A stretch of DNA of 64,000 nucleotides from Eledone cirrhosa (taxonomy: Eukaryota). The notes under the pieces were generated by a model. The model saw only the letters and a program-made list of their open reading frames with translations. It had not been told where the DNA came from and did not search any database. Numbering within the stretch: position 1 is the first letter of the stretch; each line of letters starts with the position of its first letter. Positions 12,612-27,813 of this stretch are shown here, one piece after another. The stretch spans positions 25,398-89,397 of the forward strand of contig CAXHJY010000641.1 of the NCBI GenBank assembly GCA_964016885.1, given 5' to 3'. The translations under genes and the position numbers were made by a program.

Positions 12612-13605
12612 CATACATACACACACATATATACATACACACACTAATACATACACACACACATACATACACACACTAATACATACACACACACACATAT
12701 ATAAATACACACTAATACATACACAGAAACACACATACATACACACACTAATTCATACACAGACACACACTAATACATACACAGACTAATTCATACACAG
12801 ACGCACACATACATAAACACAGACTAATTCATAATCAGACGCACACATACATACACACACTAATACATTTCACAGACACACACTAATACATACACAGACA
12901 GGCACACATACACACGAATACATACACATACACAGACACACACACATACATACATACATACATACATACACAGACACACACACATACATACATACATACA
13001 TACACACACACACATACATACACATATACAGACACACACTAACACACACATACATACAGACGGACATTGACACACACAATCAAACACATACACACATAGA
13101 CACAGATACACACACACACACATACAGACACACACACGTACATATACATACATACAGATACATACACACACACACATACAGATTCACACACACACACACA
13201 GATACACACACACACATACATATACATACACACACACACACGCATACAGATACACACACACATACATATACACACACACAGATACATACACACACACGTA
13301 CATATACATACATACAGATACATACACACACACACATACAGATACACACACACACACACAGATACACACACACACACATACATATACATACACACACACA
13401 CACGCATACAGATACACACACACATACATATACACACACACAGATACATACACACACACACAGATACACACACACATACATATACACACACACACACACA
13501 TATACACACATACAGATACACACACACACAGATACACTCACACATACACGCAGAGACACACGCAGTCAAACACATACCCACACACAGCGACCCCCACAAA
13601 CACAC
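12612..13605. repeat. (CA)n/(CATA)n compound microsatellite
   Basis: Direct reading. Confidence 0.95.
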
Positions 13606-13689
13606 ATTAGGGGGGGGGGCTTACCTGTCAATGACCACCTGTCTTAAATTCTTCCCACCTCCCCCACATTCACCCCGCCGCCGCCGCCA

Positions 13690-14305
13690 TCAACAACAAA
13701 AACAACAACGTCACCATCCCGAATATCACCACCACCAACACCACCAACAACAACAACATCACCACCACCAACACCACCACCAACACCACCAACACCACCA
13801 CCACCACCACCACCACCACCATCTCCATCACCACCACCACCACCAACACCACCAACACCACCACCACCATCATAATCACCACCACCATCACCATAATCAT
13901 AACCACCACCACCACCATCACCACCACCACCACCAACACCACCACCACCATCATAATCACCACCACCACCACCACCACCAACACCACCACCACAATCTCC
14001 ATCACCACCACCACCACCATCACCACCACCATCACCACCACCACCACCATCACCACCAACACCACCACCACCACCAACACCACCACCACAATCTCCATCA
14101 CCACCACCACCACCACCACCAACACCACCACCACAATCTCCATCACCACCACCACCACCATCACCACCACCACCACCATCACCACCACCACAATCTCCAT
14201 CACCACCACCACCACCATCACCACCACCACAATCTCCATCATCACCACCACCACCATCATCACCACCATCATCACCACCACCACTAACACCACCACCACC
14301 AACAA
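13690..14305. repeat. (ACC/ATC)n trinucleotide array
   Basis: Direct reading; the poly-His ORF is an artefact. Confidence 0.95.
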
Positions 14306-14326
14306 CTCTCAAAGCTTACACACAAT

Positions 14327-14359
<33 letters not shown>

Positions 14360-15053
14360 CATAGACACACAGACACAGAAATACATACACATATATATAT
14401 ATACATACACACACATACACACACACATATATACATACATATATATTTATATATATAGACACAGAAATACATACACATATACTCATATACATACATATAT
14501 ATACATACACACACATACACACACACACACATATACATACATATATATACATATATATACATAGACACAGAAATACATACACATATACTCATATACATAC
14601 ATATATATACATACACACACATACACACACACACACATATACATACATATATATACATATATATATATAGACACAGAAATACATACACATATACATATAT
14701 ATATTTACATACACACACATATACACACACACATATACATACATATATATACATATATATATATAGACACAGAAATACATACACATATACACATATACAT
14801 ATATATATTTACATACACACACATATACACACACACATATACATACATATATATACATATATATATATATATATAGACACAGACACACATATACATATAT
14901 ATATATATATATACATAGACACACAGACACAAAAATACATACACATATACATATATACACACATACATACACACATATACATAAACCCACAGATAAGGCG
15001 CGTTTGAAATCTGATTAAGGGTCTTATCTTCCTCTACCAAACCCCTAAATATA

Positions 15054-15107
15054 TACAGGGTGTCCCCCAAAAATGTATATCACACTTTAACAGCATTAAA
15101 ATCAAAG
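15054..15107 (+). mobile_element. Possible solitary Tc1/mariner terminal inverted repeat
   Basis: TA-CAGGGTGTCCCCCAAAAATGTAT resembles Tc1/mariner termini after a TA target; no partner end seen. Confidence 0.4.
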
Positions 15108-15138
15108 TATGTATATACATATATATACATATATATAC

Positions 15139-15171
<33 letters not shown>

Positions 15172-15244
15172 CCTTATGTATATGTATATATATATGTATG
15201 TGTGTATATATGTATATGTCTATGTGTATATATATATATATGTG

Positions 15245-15275
<31 letters not shown>

Positions 15276-15346
15276 CTATATGTATGTGTATATATATATA
15301 TGTGTATATATATATATGTGTGTATATATATATATGTGTATATATA

Positions 15347-15382
<36 letters not shown>

Positions 15383-15499
15383 CACACCTGATACCATGAT
15401 TCCATTACAAAATCCCTATTCCTGAATATATATGTATATATATATACACGTATGTATATATATATATATATATACTATGTATACATATGTATGTATATA

Positions 15500-15565
<66 letters not shown>

Positions 15566-15878
15566 CACACATGCCTTCGCAGCCCCTCTACACAAATCCC
15601 TTACCTGTATATACACCTCTTTTCCTCCCTCCTCTAGCGAACTCCCTAATTGTCACATACACCCCACCCGCCTCTCTACCAACGAAGCCCCTAATTCTCG
15701 ACCCCGGCCCCTCTCTATTAAAAAAAACTCCCCAACTCTCGGCCCCACCCTCGCCTATTCTTGACAAGCCCCTGCCTCTACGTATAACCCCCCATACGTC
15801 AAACCCCTTTTTTCCCTTACACATCCTAACCTACTCTTTTTAAATTACACCCTACCTGTGTGTGTGTATATATATATG

Positions 15879-15947
<69 letters not shown>

Positions 15948-15988
15948 GTGTGTGTATATATATATATATGTATATATGCATATATGTA

Positions 15989-16061
<73 letters not shown>

Positions 16062-16090
16062 GTGTGTATATATATATATATATGTGTGTG

Positions 16091-16121
<31 letters not shown>

Positions 16122-16190
16122 ATATATATATATATGCATATATGTATATATACATATATGCATATATGCATATATGTATATATGTATATA

Positions 16191-16399
<209 letters not shown>

Positions 16400-16484
16400 C
16401 TGATGCCTCCCTCATCTGCCCTCCTATAGAAATCCCTATCTGTATAAACAGACCCTCATCTACTTTGTCAGAAAGCCCCCTACG

Positions 16485-16585
<101 letters not shown>

Positions 16586-16588
16586 ATG

Positions 16589-16629
<41 letters not shown>

Positions 16630-16732
16630 ATATATATATATATATATACACGCTCGCTTCTGTCTGCAGGATCCCTACCTGTATAAATACCGCACCCCCC
16701 TCTCACCTACTCCATCAAAATCCCCTATCTGA

Positions 16733-16786
<54 letters not shown>

Positions 16787-17069
16787 TTATATATACACAC
16801 ACCTGTTTCGTCAACTCACCTGTTGGCAGATGTACCTTAACCAACTCCCTGTCCGCCCATCCCCCGCCCCCTCCGACCTCACCCCCCCCTCCTGCTGCTC
16901 CTCTCCTTAAGATATTTACACACATTGCTTACAGGCTGTATCTGTATCTAGTGGAGGTGGAGTGGAGTAGGGCTGGAGTGGAATGGAGGTTGGAGTGGAG
17001 TGCTGTAAGGCTTATCTCCCTATTTTATCTGACTGTCTATCTCCATTTTCCTTTCTCACTCTCCCTCTT

Positions 17070-17106
<37 letters not shown>

Positions 17107-17159
17107 CTGTTTCTCTTTCCTCCATCTCTCTCTATCTCTGTATATATATATAGAGAGAG

Positions 17160-17342
17160 AGAAAAGGCTTCTACAGGACTAGAACTATTTCATTCGGGAG
17201 AAATCCTCGGGGCTTCCTGATTATTTCTCCCGAATGAAACAGTTCTAGTCCTGTAGAAGCCTTTTCTTTATTAAGTATTTGTACTCTGCTTTGTATTGAG
17301 TACTTTACTTACTGTGGTTACCCCGATTCAACCCGGGATAGA
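17160..17342 (+). mobile_element. Short Penelope-like element, family A, palindromic head with decayed hammerhead cores
   Basis: Inverted repeat 17161-17266; CTGATTA-TTTC-TCCC-GAAT-GAAA-CAGTTCTA-GTC; homologous to 26714, 28362 and 28745. Confidence 0.75.
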
Positions 17343-17354
17343 TTTTTATATATA

Positions 17355-18300
17355 TAGTCTAACCTTTGCTACTCCCAGCCCCTAATCCTCTTCCAATCAA
17401 CAAAAGTATGTGGTGTGCAAAATTTCAGCTCAATCGGACAACTGTTAGGTGACCCTCAAACACCTTGAAGTTGGAACATAGTATACGGAACAATTCATTC
17501 TGTTCAAAAGCGGTATACTGGTCCCTATTTCGACCATTTTCTTTTTCCTTCTTAGAGAAATTTATGTGGACACATCCAGGCAACCCCTGCAAATGTTTAA
17601 AAACGTTCTGAATCAAATTTACCAGGAGTTAATTTGAAAAATTCATGAAATAACATGAAAAACTCAAGAAATATTAGGTTTACTTAATAAAGCACACAAC
17701 TTCTATAAGAGAAACACATTTTTATTTACAACAATAATTTCTATATATTGAATATTAAACATTATTTTTGCGTCCGCCGAGGTTAACTTTGCCTTTTATC
17801 CTTACAGGGTTGATAAAATAAAGTACCAGTAATACACTGGGATAATTGCTGGCCATGTGCCAAAAGTAGAAACAATTATTTTTGCATCAGAGAGGATTTA
17901 GTGGCAGTTGGGTTTGTGTTATGGCTTTCGGTAACGATCTGTAAAACAAACTGTTTCTCAGTTTCATCTTTTGTGAGAATGTTGTAATCCTGAATGAGTT
18001 TGACACCTCTTTCTGCAACATCTTTCACAACTGTCTTCTCAAGTTTTTCAAGTCCACTTCTGTAACCAGGGGTCATCCTTCCATGTTGAAGGGTCTTTCT
18101 TGAGGAAATCGGTGCTGGTACAAAATCTCGTGAAGACAGTTTTTGTACCAGGAGTTACAAAAGACGAAACCTCGACGTTTGTAAAGGAAGAAAAGTCATT
18201 TTAGTGCAGAATCTACCTCTTCAGTTGATATTTTTCTACTTCCTCTTCTTCACCTTTGTCTGCTTCCGGCATAACTTGAGCAATATTTGCCTTAACCTCT
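17355..18300 (-). mobile_element. DNA transposon relic with pseudogenised transposase C-terminus (hAT-like; family uncertain)
   Basis: Minus strand ...[59 protein letters not shown] with stops and a frameshift (17876-18300); transposon-like subterminal AAATTTCAGCTCAATCGG near 17420. Confidence 0.7.
17773..17880 (+). mobile_element. SINE family 1 3' half inserted at the end of the transposase
   Basis: CCGCCGAGGTTAACTTTGCC...AGTAGAAACAATTATT. Confidence 0.88.
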
Positions 18301-18904
18301 CCTTGCTCTCCTTTTCTCGTTGCTCTCATTGCTCTCCTTTCTCTCATTGCTCTCCTTTTTTTAGATGCTCTCCTTTCTGTCATTGCTCTCCTTTTCTCAT
18401 TGCTCTTCTTTCTCTCCTTGCTCTCCTTTTCTCACTGCCCTCCTTTTCTCATTGCTCTCCTTGCTCTCCTTTTCTCACTGCTCTCCTTTTCTCATTGCTC
18501 TCCTTGCTCTCCTTTTTTCATTGCTCTCCTTGCTCTCCTTGCTCTCCTTTCTCTCATTGCTCTCCTTGCTCTCCTTTTCTCACTGCTCTCCTTTTCTCAT
18601 TGCTCTCCTTGCTCTCCTTTTCTCATTGCTCTCCTTGCTCTCATTGCTCTTCTTTCTCTCATTGCTCTCCTTGCTCTCCTTTCTCTCATTGCTCACCTTG
18701 CTCTCCTTTTCTCACTGCTCTCCTTTTCTCATTGTTCTCCTTTTCTCACTGCTCTCCTTGCTCTCCTGTTCTCATTGCTCTCCTTTTCTCCTTGCTCTTC
18801 TTTTCTCATTGCTCTCCTTGCTCTCCTTTTCTCATTGCTCTCCTTTTCTCATTGCTCTCCTTTCTCCTTGCTCTCCTTTTCTCCTTGCTCTCATTGCTCT
18901 CCTT
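18300..18904. repeat. Pyrimidine-rich minisatellite (TTGCTCTCC / TTTTCTCA modules)
   Basis: Shuffled 8-17 bp modules. Confidence 0.9.
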
Positions 18905-20322
18905 GGACTGGTGTCCTGTCCAGGGGGAAGTCTTGTACTCTCAGTCACTTAACACCAATGAAACTAAGACAGACTTTAACCCTGTGATGGACTGGTGTCC
19001 TGTCCAGGAGGAAGTCTTGTACTCTCAGTCACTTAACACCAATGAAACTAAGACAGACTTTAACCCTGTGATGGACTGGTGTCCTGTCCAGGGGGAAGTC
19101 TTGTACTCTCAGTCACTTAACACCAATGAAACTAAGACACACCTTAACCCTGTGATGGACTGGTGTCCTGTCCAGGGGGAAGTCTTGTACTCTCAGTCAC
19201 TTAACACCAATGAAACTAAGACAGACTTTAACCCTGTGATGGACTGATGTCCTGTCCAGGGGGAAGTCTTGTACTCTCAGTCACTTAACACCAATGAAAC
19301 TAAGACAGACTTTAACCCTGTGATGGACTGGTGTCCTGTCCAGGGGGAAGTCTTGTACTCTCAGTCACTTAACACCAATGAAACTAAGACAGACTTTAAC
19401 CCTGTGATGGACTGATGTCCTGTCCAGGGGGAAGTCTTGTACTCTCAGTCACTTAACACCAATGTAACTAAGACAGACTTTAACCCTGTGATGGACTGGT
19501 GTCCTGTCCAGAGGGAAGTCTTGTACTCTCAGTCACTTAACACCAATGAAACTAAGACAGACTTTAACCCTGTGATGGACTGGTGTCCTGTCCAGGGGGA
19601 AGTCTTGTACTCTCAGTCACTTAACACCAATGTAACTAAGACAGACTTTAACCCTGTGATGGACTGGTGTCCTGTCCAGAGGGAAGTCTTGTACTCTCAG
19701 TCACTTAACACCAATGAAACTAAGACAGACTTTAACCCTGTGATGGACTGGTGTCCTGTCCAGAGGGAAGTCTTGTACTCTCAGTCACTTAACACCAATG
19801 TAACTAAGACAGACTTTAACCCTGTGATGGACTGGTGTCCTGTCCAGAGGGAAGTCTTGTACTCTCAGTCACTTAACACCAATGTAACTAAGACAGACTT
19901 TAACCCTGTGATGGACTGGTGTCCTGTCCAGAGGGAAGTCTTGTACTCTCAGTCACTTAACACCAATGAAACTAAGACAGACTTTAACCCTGTGATGGAC
20001 TGGTGTCCTGTCCAGGGGGAAGTCTTGTACTGTCAGTCACTTAACACCAATGAAACTAAGACAGACTTTAACCCTGTGGTGGACTGGTGTCCTGTCCAGG
20101 GGGAAGTCTTGTACTGTCAGTCACTTAACACCAATGAAACTAAGACAGACTTTAACCCTGTGGTGGACTGGTGTCCTGTCCAGGGGGAAGTCTTGTACTC
20201 TCAGTCACTTAACACCAATGAAACTAAGACAGACTTTAACCCTGTGATGGACTGGTGTCCTGTCCAGGGGGAAGTCTTGTACTCTCAGTCACTTAACACC
20301 AATGAAACTAAGACAAAATTTA
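18905..20322 (+). repeat. 84-bp tandem array (~17 copies), probably from a SINE internal domain
   Basis: Unit AACCCTGTGATGGACTGGTGTCCTGTCCAGGGGGAAGTCTTGTACTCTCAGTCACTTAACACCAATGAAACTAAGACAGACTTT. Confidence 0.92.
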
Positions 20323-20340
20323 ACCATGTGATTATGGAGC

Positions 20341-20925
20341 TAGCCTAAGGTGTAAAATACCCAGGTACACATTGTAAAGCTACCCTATTGGGTTAAATAC
20401 CCAGGTACACACTGTATGGCTACCCTAGGGTGTTAAATACCCGGGTACACATTGTATGGCTACCCTAGGGTGTTAAATACCCAGGTACACATTGTAAAGC
20501 TACCCTAGGGTGTTAAATACCCAGGTACACACCGTATGGCTACCCTATTGTGTTAAATACCCAGGTACACATTGTATGGCTACCCTAGGGTGTTAAATAC
20601 CCGGATACACATTGTATGGCTACCCTAGGGTGTTAGATACCCAGTTACACACCGTATGGCTACCCTAGGGTGTTAAATACCCAGGTACATATTGTAGAGC
20701 TAGTCTAGGATGTTAAATACCCAGGTACACATTGTATGGCTACCCTAGGGTGTTAAATACCCGGGTACACATTGTATGGCTACCCTAGGGTGTTAAATAC
20801 CCAGGTACACATTGTATGGCTACCCTAGGGTGTTAAATACCCGGGTACACATTGTATGGCTACCCTAGGGTGTTAAATACCCAGGTACACATTGTATGGC
20901 TACCCTAGGGTGTTAAATACCCGGG
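20341..20925. repeat. 40-bp tandem array (~14 copies)
   Basis: Unit TACCCTAGGGTGTTAAATACCCAGGTACACATTGTATGGC. Confidence 0.95.
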
Positions 20926-20994
20926 CCGAGGGGCACAAATATGAAAAATACAGACATATTGCTTGAAAGAAGGGAAAAGTGAAAGAGATTAGTA

Positions 20995-22040
20995 GAGTGA
21001 GGGGAGAGGGGGATAGGAGAGGTGTGAAGGAGGGAGAGTGAAAGAGAGAAGGGGGGGAGAGAGAGTGAAGGAGGGAGGCAGAGTGAAAGAGATGACGGAG
21101 AGGGAGAGTGAAAGAGAGTGTGAAAGAGGGAGAGAGAGTGAAGGAGGGAGAGAGAGAGAGTGAAAGATGGAGACTGACGGAGGGAGAGAGAGTGAACGAG
21201 GGAGACTGACGGAGGGAGAGAGAGTGAAGGAGGGAGAGGCGTCAAAGCCGTGAAGAAGTGAGAGATAATGGGGACTTGACAGGGTGACAGTGGATGAGAC
21301 ACACAGACAGACATAGAGAGAGAGACATACACACACACATATATAGGCGTACACACACACACACAGACACACAGACATATATATATATAGAGAGAGACAT
21401 ACATACAGACACACATATAGAGAGAGAGAGACATACACACACACATATATATATAGAGAGAGACATACACACACATATAGGCGTACAGACACACACACAC
21501 ACATATATATAGAGAGAGACAGACACACACACATATATATAGAGAGAGACATACACACACACACATATAGAGAGAGAGAGACATACACACACACATATAT
21601 ATAGAGAGAGACATACACACACATATAGGCGTACAGACACACACACACACATATATATAGAGAGAGACATACACACACACATATATATAGAGAGAGACAT
21701 ACACACACACACATATAGAGAGAGAGAGACATACACACACACATATATATAGAGAGAGACATACACACACATATAGGCGTACAGAGACACACACACACAC
21801 ACATATAGAGAGAGAGAGACATACACACATATATAGAGAGAGAGACATACACACACATATAGGCGTACAGAGACACACACACACACAGGCATATAGAGAG
21901 ACATACACGTACATATAGGCGTACACACACACACACAGACATTTATATAGAGAGAGACATACACACACACATATAGGTGTACACGCACACACACAGACAT
22001 ACATATATATAGAGAGAGACATACACACACATATAGGCGT

Positions 22041-22071
<31 letters not shown>

Positions 22072-22935
22072 TATATAGAGACATACATACACATATAGGC
22101 ATACAGAGACACACACACACACACAGAGACACACACACATATAGGCGTACACAGACCCAGACAGACACACACACACACATACATAGATAGGCATTGACAT
22201 ACACACACACACATATGCATAGACAGGCACACACACACACATACATATATACACAGATATAGACTCACAGACACACACATACATAGGCAGACATTGACAT
22301 ACACACGCATACATACATACACAGAGACGTACACACAGATATACACAGAGAGACATACGCACGCACACACACACACAGACATACACAGACACACAGAGGC
22401 TCATACACATACATACACACACATATATATATACACTTACATACATAGATCTATTAATACATACATACACGCATATATGTATATGCATACATACATAGAC
22501 ACATACATACATACATATATACACACATACATATATATATACGTACACACACACGTATATATATATATATATACACACACATACATGCATGCATACATAC
22601 ATATATACACACATATATATCCATCCAGATATATACAAACATACATACATACATGCACGCATACATAGACACATCCACACATATACATACATACATCATA
22701 CACACATACATACATCAATATATACAAACGCATATATACATACACACATACACCCATACATATATATCCATCCATATACACATATATACATACGCATATA
22801 CATACATACACACATATATACATACACAAACATACGCATATACATACACCCATACATACATATATCCATCCATACACATACATATATATATATACATACA
22901 TACATTCACATATACACACACACACATATATATAT

Positions 22936-22966
<31 letters not shown>

Positions 22967-23531
22967 CACCCATACATATACATTTTTATATATATATACC
23001 CATACATACATACATACATCCATACATATATATATATATACACACCCATACATATACATATATATATATATATACCCATACATACATACATCCATACATA
23101 TATATATACACACACACATATATATATATATATACACCCATACATGTACATATATATACACCCATACATATACATATATACCCATACATACACACATCCA
23201 TATATATATATATACCCATACATACACACATCCATATATATATATATCCATACAATCAGACATCCATGCATATATATATACATATATATATATATATACA
23301 CCCATACATATACATATATATATATATACCCATACATACACACATCCATATATATATATATATATATATACCCATACAATCAGACATCCATGCATATATA
23401 TATACATATATATATATATATACACCCATACATATACATATATATATATATATACCCATACATACATACATCCATACATATGTATATACACACACATATA
23501 CCCCATACATATACATACATATATATACACC

Positions 23532-23562
<31 letters not shown>

Positions 23563-23715
23563 TCACTCTCATGCATATACATATATATATATATACACTC
23601 CTTTAAATATACATATATATATATATATATATACCCATACATATACATATATATATATACCCATACATATACATATATATATATATATATATATACCCAT
23701 ACATACAGAGAGAGA
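20995..23715. repeat. GA-, CA- and TA-rich compound microsatellite block
   Basis: Direct reading; recurring ATAGGCGTACA and ACCCATACA sub-motifs. Confidence 0.92.
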
Positions 23716-23895
23716 CGCGCGCACACAGGCTGCAAGCAGGGAAGCGAGGCGGTGTGCTGTGATTGGCTAAACTGCCGCGACAGCTGCTCGGCTGCCGGGC
23801 GCGTGTCCTCGCATCCTCACCCCTTCCCCCCCTATCTCTCTCTCTCTCTCTCTGTCTTTGACATACAACACCCAACACCTGCCGATGACGTCATA
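23716..23895. promoter_or_regulatory. CpG-rich island with CCAAT box and CRE
   Basis: TGATTGGCT 23760-23768, perfect TGACGTCA 23886-23893, many CpGs. Confidence 0.45.
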
Positions 23896-24010
23896 ATAGT
23901 TGGATATACGACCCCCCCCCCCCCCTTTACAACCTACATACACACGCATATATATATATATATATATGCGTGTATATATATACACACATATATACATGTA
24001 TACACACACA

Positions 24011-24049
<39 letters not shown>

Positions 24050-24065
24050 GTATACACACATATAC

Positions 24066-24096
<31 letters not shown>

Positions 24097-24113
24097 TACA
24101 CATATACATGTAT

Positions 24114-24154
<41 letters not shown>

Positions 24155-24439
24155 GTCACGTACACACACGCAAACATACACAAACATACACACAAATACA
24201 TACACAAAAATACATACACGCACATACATACACACATACATTCATACACATACATGCACACACAAACATACACACAGACAAACATACACACACAAACATA
24301 CACACACATACATACACAACACACACATACATACACACACAAACATACACAAACACACCCACACACACTTAAGCTACCCTCTGACACCCAAATCTATCAA
24401 ACTCATGAAGTGTGGAAGCCATGTGTGTGTATGTGTGTG

Positions 24440-24480
<41 letters not shown>

Positions 24481-24556
24481 CTGTGTATATATGTGTGTGT
24501 GTCTATATGGCTGTGTGTGTGTGTGTGTGTGTGTGTATTGGACATGACTTTATTCA

Positions 24557-25900
24557 GTGGTGGTCGCCGTAGCGATGATGTTGGTGGTAGTGGTGGTGGT
24601 GGTAGTACTGGTGCTAGTTGTGGTGGTAGTAGTGGTAGTAGTTGTGGTGGTAGTTGTGATGGTGGTGTTGGTGGTAGTACTGGTGCTAGTTGTGGTGGTA
24701 GTAGTGGTAGTAGTTGTGATGGTGGTGTTGGTGGTAGTACTGGTGCTAGTTGTGGTGGTAGTAGTGGTAGTAGTTGTGATGGTGGTGTTGGTGGTAGTGG
24801 TGTTGGTGGTAGTGGTGGTGGTGGTAGTACTGGTGCTAGTTGTGGTGGTAGTAGTGGTAGTAGTTGTGATGGTGGTGTTGGTGGTAGTGGTGTTGGTGGT
24901 AGTACTGGTGCTAGTTGTGGTGGTAGTAGTGGTAGTAGTTGTGATGGTGGTGTTGGTGGTAGTGGTGTTGGTGGTAGTGGTGGTGGTGGTAGTACTGGTG
25001 CTAGTTGTGGTGGTAGTAGTGGTAGTAGTTGTGATGGTGGTGTTGGTGGTAGTGGTGGTGGTGGTAGTACTGGTGCTAGTTGTGGTGGTAGTAGTGGTAG
25101 TAGTTGTGATGGTGGTGTTGGTGGTAGTGGTGTTGGTGGTAGTACTGGTGCTAGTTGTGGTGGTAGTAGTGGTAGTAGTTGTGATGGTGGTGTTGGTGGT
25201 AGTGGTGTTGGTGGTAGTACTGGTGCTAGTTGTGGTGGTAGTAGTGGTAGTAGTTGTGATGGTGGTGTTGGTGGTAGTGGTGTTGGTGGTAGTACTGGTG
25301 CTAGTTGTGGTGGTAGTAGTGGTAGTAGTTGTGATGGTGGTGTTGGTGGTAGTACTGGTGCTAGTTGTGGTGGTAGTAGTGGTAGTAGTTGTGGTGGTAG
25401 TTGTGATGGTGGTGTTGGTGGTAGTGGTGGTGGTGGTAGTACTGGTGCTAGTTGTGGTGGTAGTAGTGGTAGTAGTTGTGGAGGTAGTTGTGATGGTGGT
25501 GTTGGTGGTAGTGGTGGTGGTGGTAGTACTGGTGCTAGTTGTGATGGTGATAGTGGTGGTGGTGGTATTGGTGGTAGTGGTGGTATGGGTGATAGTGGTG
25601 GTGGTGGTAGTAGTGGTACTAGTTGTGGTGGTAGTATTGGTGGTAGTGGTGGTAGTGGTAGTATGGGTGATAGTGGTGGTGGTGGTAGTAGTGGTAGTAT
25701 TAGTGGTAGTAGTTGTGGTGGTAGTTGTGGTAGTAGTTGTGCTGGTAGTGGTGATGGTAGTTGTGGTAGTAGTGGTAGTATTGGTGGTAGTAGTTGTGGT
25801 AGTATTGGTGGTAGTGGTGGTGGTAGTGGTGGTGGTGGTATGGGTGGTAGTTGTGGTAGTGTTGGTAGTAGTGGTCATAACGGTAGTGGTGGTTGTGATT
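24557..25900. repeat. (GGT/AGT)n-derived higher-order trinucleotide array
   Basis: Core AGTACTGGTGCTAGTTGTGGTGGTAGTAGTGGTAGTAGTTGT repeated ~13 times at 60-90 bp spacing. Confidence 0.92.
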
Positions 25901-26334
25901 GTACCGTGGGGTGGGTGAGGGGCGGGGTTTTAGGGGTGAGGGTTAATGATGGATGTGTGTGTGTGTGTGGGGGGGGGGGGGGGTAACAACAATGGTGGTG
26001 GTGGGTGGTGGTGTCAGTGATAGAGGTAGCCGTGGTGGTAGTAGTGGTGGTTATGGTGGTGGCAGATGTGGCGTTGTTGGGGAATGGCGGCGGTGGTGGT
26101 GGTAGTAGACAGTGGTGGTGGTGGTGGCGTTAGCGGCAGTGGTAGAAAGCAGTGATGGTGGTAGTAGTGGTTGTGGTGGCGGTGATGATGGTAGTGGAGG
26201 TGGTGGTGGTGGTGGTGGTGGTGGTGGTGGCGGTGGCGGTGGTGTCGTGTGTGAGATAGAGCTGGGTGGGGGCGTGTTGGTTATATGCGGGTAGACGGGT
26301 GAGTTTAGCAAAAAAAAAAAAAAAAAATGGAGGT

Positions 26335-26480
26335 AGGGGGCGGGGGGGGCGGGCTAGGAGGACGGTGAGGGGTGGGTTTTTGAGAGGAAGAGGGCGAGAG
26401 AAAGCTTCTGTGTGGCACAAGCACGCTGAGCACGATGCGCATGCGCTAGACTCGTACACAATCAAGAGCACGCGTCCGTT
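26335..26480. promoter_or_regulatory. GC boxes plus NRF1-type site
   Basis: GGGGCGGGGGGGCGGG 26337-26353; TGCGCATGCGC 26436-26446. Confidence 0.4.
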
Positions 26481-26675
26481 CACATGTACTCACAACTTGA
26501 CAGATATCAGGTCAAATTCGTATTCAAATAAATATATATATATATACAAATACATTAGACAAACGGAACTATATATATATATATAGGAAAAGAGTTAGGA
26601 CCCCGACGGCTGAGCTCTGGCTGTTTCGACAGCTAGATCTGAACTATTCAGACTTAGCTGTCGAAACAGCCGGAG

Positions 26676-26712
<37 letters not shown>

Positions 26713-26713
26713 G

Positions 26714-26910
26714 TAGGTCCCGGGTTGAGTCGGGGAAAACCACAGTAAGTAAGGTACTCAATACATGGCAGAGTAAAAATTTTTTATTTTATAGAAGGAG
26801 CTTCTACAGGACTAGTACTGTTTCATTCAGATGAAATCTTCAGGAAGCTCCTGAAGATTTCATCTGAATGAAACAGTACTAGTCCTGTAGAAGCTCCTTC
26901 TATAAAATAA

Positions 26911-26915
<5 letters not shown>
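26714..26915 (-). mobile_element. Family A element: ~137-bp palindrome with back-to-back hammerhead cores
   Basis: Palindrome 26779-26915 with axis ~26847; CTGAAGA-TTTC-ATCT-GAAT-GAAA-CAGTACTA-GTC reads on both strands. Confidence 0.8.
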
Positions 26916-26949
<34 letters not shown>

Positions 26950-27009
26950 GTGTGTGTGTGTGTGTGTTTTGCGAGGTTCTTTTTATATGAAATCGTGTGT
27001 CGAAACAAA

Positions 27010-27311
27010 TATTGTTATACTTGGGGAGGGTCATATTGTTGTAATAATATTAACAGAAATAATAACAGAACACATAATAGTACCACTGATGATGTTGCAG
27101 ATGTGTGACGAAAGAACTTTGATAGATTATATATATATATTTATATTTATATCTGTACTTTTAACTGTTGGTCAATCAATGACAAACATTGATTGACAGA
27201 TAAATTAACTATGGAGATATAAAAGATACAGAAGCGAAAACCAACCAAACAGTGAGTGTGTTCTGTTATTATTTCTGGCAATACTTTAACAATATGACCC
27301 TCCCCAAGTAT

Positions 27312-27320
<9 letters not shown>
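27010..27320 (+). mobile_element. Family C variant: inverted ends and a decayed hammerhead
   Basis: ATATTGTTATACTTGGGGAGGGTCATATTG inverted at 27010 and 27290; CTGATGA..GTGTGAC-GAAA-GAACTT-TGA at 27086-27123. Confidence 0.65.
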
Positions 27321-27350
<30 letters not shown>

Positions 27351-27354
<4 letters not shown>

Positions 27355-27548
27355 AACCAGTAAGACCCCGACGGCTGAGCTCAAGCCGTTTCGACGGCTA
27401 ATTCTGGACGTCCAGAATTAGCCGTCGAAACGGCTTGAGCTCAGCCATCGGGGTCTTACTGGTTCCTATTACCCACTCTACTGCCCTAAGTATTGAGTAC
27501 TTTGGTGCGTTATGGTCCACCTGGTTCCTTACCACATTTCCTTCGTTA

Positions 27549-27592
<44 letters not shown>

Positions 27593-27776
27593 GCGAATGA
27601 AAAGTGGTAAGGTACCAGGTGGACCATAACGCACCAAAGTACTCAATACTTAGGGTAGTAGAGTGGGTAATAGGAGTAGGTAAGACCCCGACGGCTGAGC
27701 TCAAGCCGTTTCGACGGCTAATTCTGTATTTAGCCGTCGAAACGGCTTGAGCTCAGCCGTCGGGGTCTTACTTACT

Positions 27777-27779
<3 letters not shown>
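27351..27779. mobile_element. Two family B elements tail-to-tail across a (TA)n tract
   Basis: 27351-27548 (+) and 27592-27779 (-), each with a fold-back head. Confidence 0.8.

Positions 27780-27810
<31 letters not shown>

Positions 27811-27813
<3 letters not shown>

Noticed and set aside
13618-13665. Minus-strand CAG|GTAAG donor (similar one at ~15600)
   Set aside because: No polypyrimidine acceptor or recognisable coding sequence; cannot be supported without RNA data.
18905-20348. 303-aa ORF of 28-aa repeats; CRISPR-like regularity of this and other arrays
   Set aside because: Units are identical head-to-tail with no unique spacers; the ORF is open only because 84 is divisible by 3, and some units carry stops.
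24412-25986. Gly/Ser/Cys-rich ORF resembling loricrin or structural proteins
   Set aside because: Almost all codons are single-step variants of GGT ending in T, other frames are also open, it starts in a (TG)n tract, and it has no signal peptide or splice context.
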